A stretch of 64,000 nucleotides of DNA. Origin: Nitrospirota bacterium. GTDB taxonomy: Bacteria > Nitrospirota > UBA9217. The stretch is taken from NCBI GenBank assembly GCA_963845065.1, contig CAWJQQ010000002.1:448001-512000 (forward strand), in the 5' to 3' direction. The position numbers and the translations under genes are program-made. Of this stretch, positions 61,288 to 64,000 are shown piece by piece. The notes beneath the pieces are model-generated. The model was not told the DNA's origin. It ran no database searches and saw only the letters and a list, made by a program, of their open reading frames with translations. Every line of letters starts with the position of its first letter. Within the stretch, counting starts at the first letter, position 1.

Positions 61288-62637
61288 CTACAAAGCGTAT
61301 CCCGCTTCACCATGCTGGCTGATATCAAGCCCTTCTGTCTCGTGGTCAGCTTGAACCCTCAGGCCTGTTGATGCATCTATCAATTTCAGAAGCACATAAC
61401 TCATACCGAACGAATAGAAAGCTACAAGCGCTACGGCCCCCCCCTGTACGAGCAATTGTTTCGCGTTGCCAAAAAAAGCGCCGTTCGCTCCTGCTGCATT
61501 TATTGCGACGGAAGCGAAGAGACCCACCGAAAGCGTTCCGAGTGCACCGCCGACGCCGTGCACACCAAAAGCATCAAGGGAATCATCATACCCAAACTTC
61601 GTCTTGGCATTAAGCGCGATGTAGCAGACAATACCTGCCGCGGTACCGATAAGCAAAGCACTCAGAGGACCCACGAACCCTGCTGCAGGCGTGATCGTCG
61701 CGAGTCCCGCAATGGAGCCTGTTGCTGCACCGAACATCGTCGGTTTACCGCGGTGGAACCATTCGGCAATGACCCACGTGATCGTGGCTGAGCAAGCCGC
61801 AAGATGGGTCGTCAAAAACGCCATGGTCGCTAGCGTCCCTGAAGATAGGGCGCTCCCGGCATTGAATCCGAACCAACCGAACCATAAAAGTCCGGCACCG
61901 AGCACAGTCATCGGCAGGTTATGGGGCGGCATGTGTTCATGTAGAAAGCCCTTTCGCTTTCCTATATAAAGTGCTGCCGCAAGAGCGGAAAAGCCCGATG
62001 TGGCATGTACGACGATGCCTCCGGCAAAATCGAGTACCCCGAGGTTCTTCAGCCATCCGCCGGCTCCCCAGACCCAGTGAGCCACTGGATCATAAACAAT
62101 CGTAGTCCAGACTAAGGTGAAGATAAGGAACGTGGAGAACTTTATTCGTTCAGCGACTGCACCGCTGATGAGCGCTGGCGTTATGACTGCAAACATCATT
62201 TGGTATGTCATGAACAGCAGATGAGGAATGGTCGGCGCATAATCCGCGTTCGGAGTAAGCCCAACGCCATTCAGCCCAGCCCAACTCAAGTTGCCAATCA
62301 CTCCTTTCACATCAGGACCGAACGACAGTGAGTATCCGCATAGGACCCACTGAAGGCTGACTAATGCGATGGCAATAAAGCTGTGCATAATCGTTCCCAA
62401 GACGTTTTTTTTACGGACCATACCGCCATAGAACATAGCTAGTCCCGGCGTCATCAGCATGACAAGTGCCGTTGAAATCAAGATCCACGTTGTGTCGCCG
62501 CTGTCTATTTTCCCCGCGGAAACTGCAGCAGCAGGTGAAACGGGAACCGCATTCTGTGCCATGGCTGCAAACGGTACGAATACCGCCAGTGAGAGCAGCA
62601 CGGCCAAAAACACTTTGTATAAACGTTTTTCTTCCAT
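61288..62637 (-). CDS. amtB: Ammonium transporter
   Basis: FYGGMVR, DFAGGIVVH, WFGWFGFN, DDSLDAFGVHG, GLDISQHGE. Confidence 0.95.
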   Translation of the reverse strand: MEEKRLYKVFLAVLLSLAVFVPFAAMAQNAVPVSPAAAVSAGKIDSGDTTWILISTALVMLMTPGLAMFYGGMVRKKNVLGTIMHSFIAIALVSLQWVLCGYSLSFGPDVKGVIGNLSWAGLNGVGLTPNADYAPTIPHLLFMTYQMMFAVITPALISGAVAERIKFSTFLIFTLVWTTIVYDPVAHWVWGAGGWLKNLGVLDFAGGIVVHATSGFSALAAALYIGKRKGFLHEHMPPHNLPMTVLGAGLLWFGWFGFNAGSALSSGTLATMAFLTTHLAACSATITWVIAEWFHRGKPTMFGAATGSIAGLATITPAAGFVGPLSALLIGTAAGIVCYIALNAKTKFGYDDSLDAFGVHGVGGALGTLSVGLFASVAINAAGANGAFFGNAKQLLVQGGAVALVAFYSFGMSYVLLKLIDASTGLRVQADHETEGLDISQHGEAGYAL

Positions 62638-63000
62638 TGAGCACTATCCTCCCATTAGATTTACAAACGGCATTTCAATTTTCAAAGAACAGAATTAACT
62701 ATTTGCACGGAGTAAACCGGTTTGGCGCAACGCTTGTGCAGATTGAAGATCTTAATAATGAAATTTGCCATCTTTTCGCAATCCAACTTGCTCTCATCAG
62801 TCCGTCAAGCTAAAGCGAAAAAAGGTCTCTTGAAGAGTTTTGCTACAGTAACGCCACCAGCGACACTTCATTTCTACGGATAAAAATGCCGCACAATACA
62901 CCTTTTGCAACTTGGCGTGTGGCATTTTCGCCTCACTTCCTTTTTAATAGCAGTGGATCTTTATTAAAATTATCATTTCACAAATGCCTATTGTTTAAAT

Positions 63001-63016
63001 AGCAAGGCCTGTGCCA
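63001..63016 (-). promoter_or_regulatory. sigma54 (-24/-12) promoter of amtB
   Basis: TGGCAC-AGGCC-TTGCT consensus; NtrC-like GC-N11-GCA sites near 63109-63125 and 63165-63181. Confidence 0.85.
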
Positions 63017-63263
63017 CTCATTTTTTTTTTATAAACACATCAAGCCACTGATTTTATATATTTATCATTATTAAAAAAAAGGAATTATTATTATTTGTTA
63101 CGCCGTTCAGCTTAAATTTTAGGCACATGATTAATTAATGTGCATATAAATTAGAAAATTATAAAGCTATTAATAAATGCACATTACAGAATCATCCTTT
63201 CAATAGAATATATTTCTCTATATCTTAGTGAGGAAGAAACAGCGCTCTATAAAACTGCTGATT

Positions 63264-63302
63264 GTAATAATTATTGACAAGTAATAATTATTATATTATA
63301 TT
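63264..63302 (+). promoter_or_regulatory. sigma70 promoter with two PerR/Fur-like boxes
   Basis: TTGACA (63274), 17 bp spacer, TATATT; GTAATAATTATT repeated at 63264 and 63281. Confidence 0.65.
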
Positions 63303-63325
63303 CGTTATAATTTAACTTTTAATTT

Positions 63326-63730
63326 ATGTCTTTTATCGCTAAATACCGTACCCTTGGATTTAAACTTACTCCTCAGCGAATTGCTATTCTAGATTTTTTG
63401 GACGGCAATGCGCGACACCCTTCCGCGGAAGATATCTATGGTGCGGTGTCTAAAAAATTCCCAACCCTCTCGCTCGCTACGGTGTATACAACACTTGCGG
63501 CGCTAAAGGTTTTGGGCAAGGTGCTCGAATTAACAATAGATCCTGACAAGAAGCGGTATGACTTGGAGATCGCGAAACATAACCATTTTATGTGCATTTC
63601 ATGCAAACAAATCATCGATATTCCTGCTACAAACCCTGTCGATTTTCCTAAGGCGACTAAGCAGGATTTCTCCATCATCGAAAGTCACGTTGAGTATTAC
63701 GGGCATTGCCCTGAATGTAAAAAAAAATGA
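63326..63730 (+). CDS. Fur-family regulator (PerR-like)
   Basis: KLTPQR, HPSAED, SLATVY, HNHFMCISC, GHCPEC. Confidence 0.9.
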   Translation: MSFIAKYRTLGFKLTPQRIAILDFLDGNARHPSAEDIYGAVSKKFPTLSLATVYTTLAALKVLGKVLELTIDPDKKRYDLEIAKHNHFMCISCKQIIDIPATNPVDFPKATKQDFSIIESHVEYYGHCPECKKK

Positions 63731-63752
63731 ATACCAATAAAGGAGGCTGTCA

Positions 63753-64000
63753 ATGTGTGTAGATCATAGTCTGAATTGTTCCTGTGGAAAAACCCATGCG
63801 AGCTTTCATTTTCGTGATGAAGTGCTGCCTTTCAAAGTCGTTACCAAGTTATACTGTCCTGACTGCTCACGTGAAGTGACTCATAATGCCGAGACCATGG
63901 TAGCCGACAATGGATGGTTAATAGAGTACGATATGGAAGTAGCTCGTTTTATGATGCAGAAAAATGCTCATGCTTCTTCCGTTACGCCAGAATTCTTGTT
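63753..64000 (+). CDS. Cys-containing hypothetical protein, truncated at the window end
   Basis: AAGGAGG SD; MCVDHSLNCSCG...LYCPDCS...DNGWLIEYDM open to the end. Confidence 0.75.
   Translation, partial: MCVDHSLNCSCGKTHASFHFRDEVLPFKVVTKLYCPDCSREVTHNAETMVADNGWLIEYDMEVARFMMQKNAHASSVTPEFL

Noticed and set aside
1..64000. CRISPR array, tRNA or rRNA genes
   Set aside because: No regularly spaced repeats or recognisable structural RNA genes seen by eye

Overview
Bacterial chromosomal window. The gene repertoire resembles an anaerobic Nitrospirota or Desulfobacterota-like organism (inference). In order: class II (B12) ribonucleotide reductase nrdJ with an NrdR-boxed sigma70 promoter; methyltransferase, broken hemerythrin, Usp and kinase; scpA-[HEAT-repeat gene]-scpB-minD-like-DnaJ/HTH; a cusA remnant split by an intact IS481-family element with a CCTAGG duplication; cpoB and pal; a radical SAM/SPASM locus; a pentose-phosphate operon headed by a second, short nrdJ; a complete complex I operon (nuoA-N) whose input module is HydABC/Hnd-like and which contains a five-gene DRTGG/CBS/HATPase/PHP cassette; an accessory region with an MFS transporter, pseudogenes and a frameshifted RND efflux operon; ntrBC, EamA, sigma54-driven amtB and a Fur/PerR regulator. 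Headline observation: an unannotated 40-codon ORF (17470-17592, minus strand) directly upstream of the rSAM/SPASM gene ends in C-H-K-UGA-K-G-UGA-K-S and is followed by an fdhF-like SECIS hairpin. It is a candidate precursor of a RiPP containing two selenocysteines. Secondary highlights are the HEAT-repeat gene between scpA and scpB, and the potentially bifurcating, phospho-regulated complex I. All calls come from reading the sequence; no searches were run.
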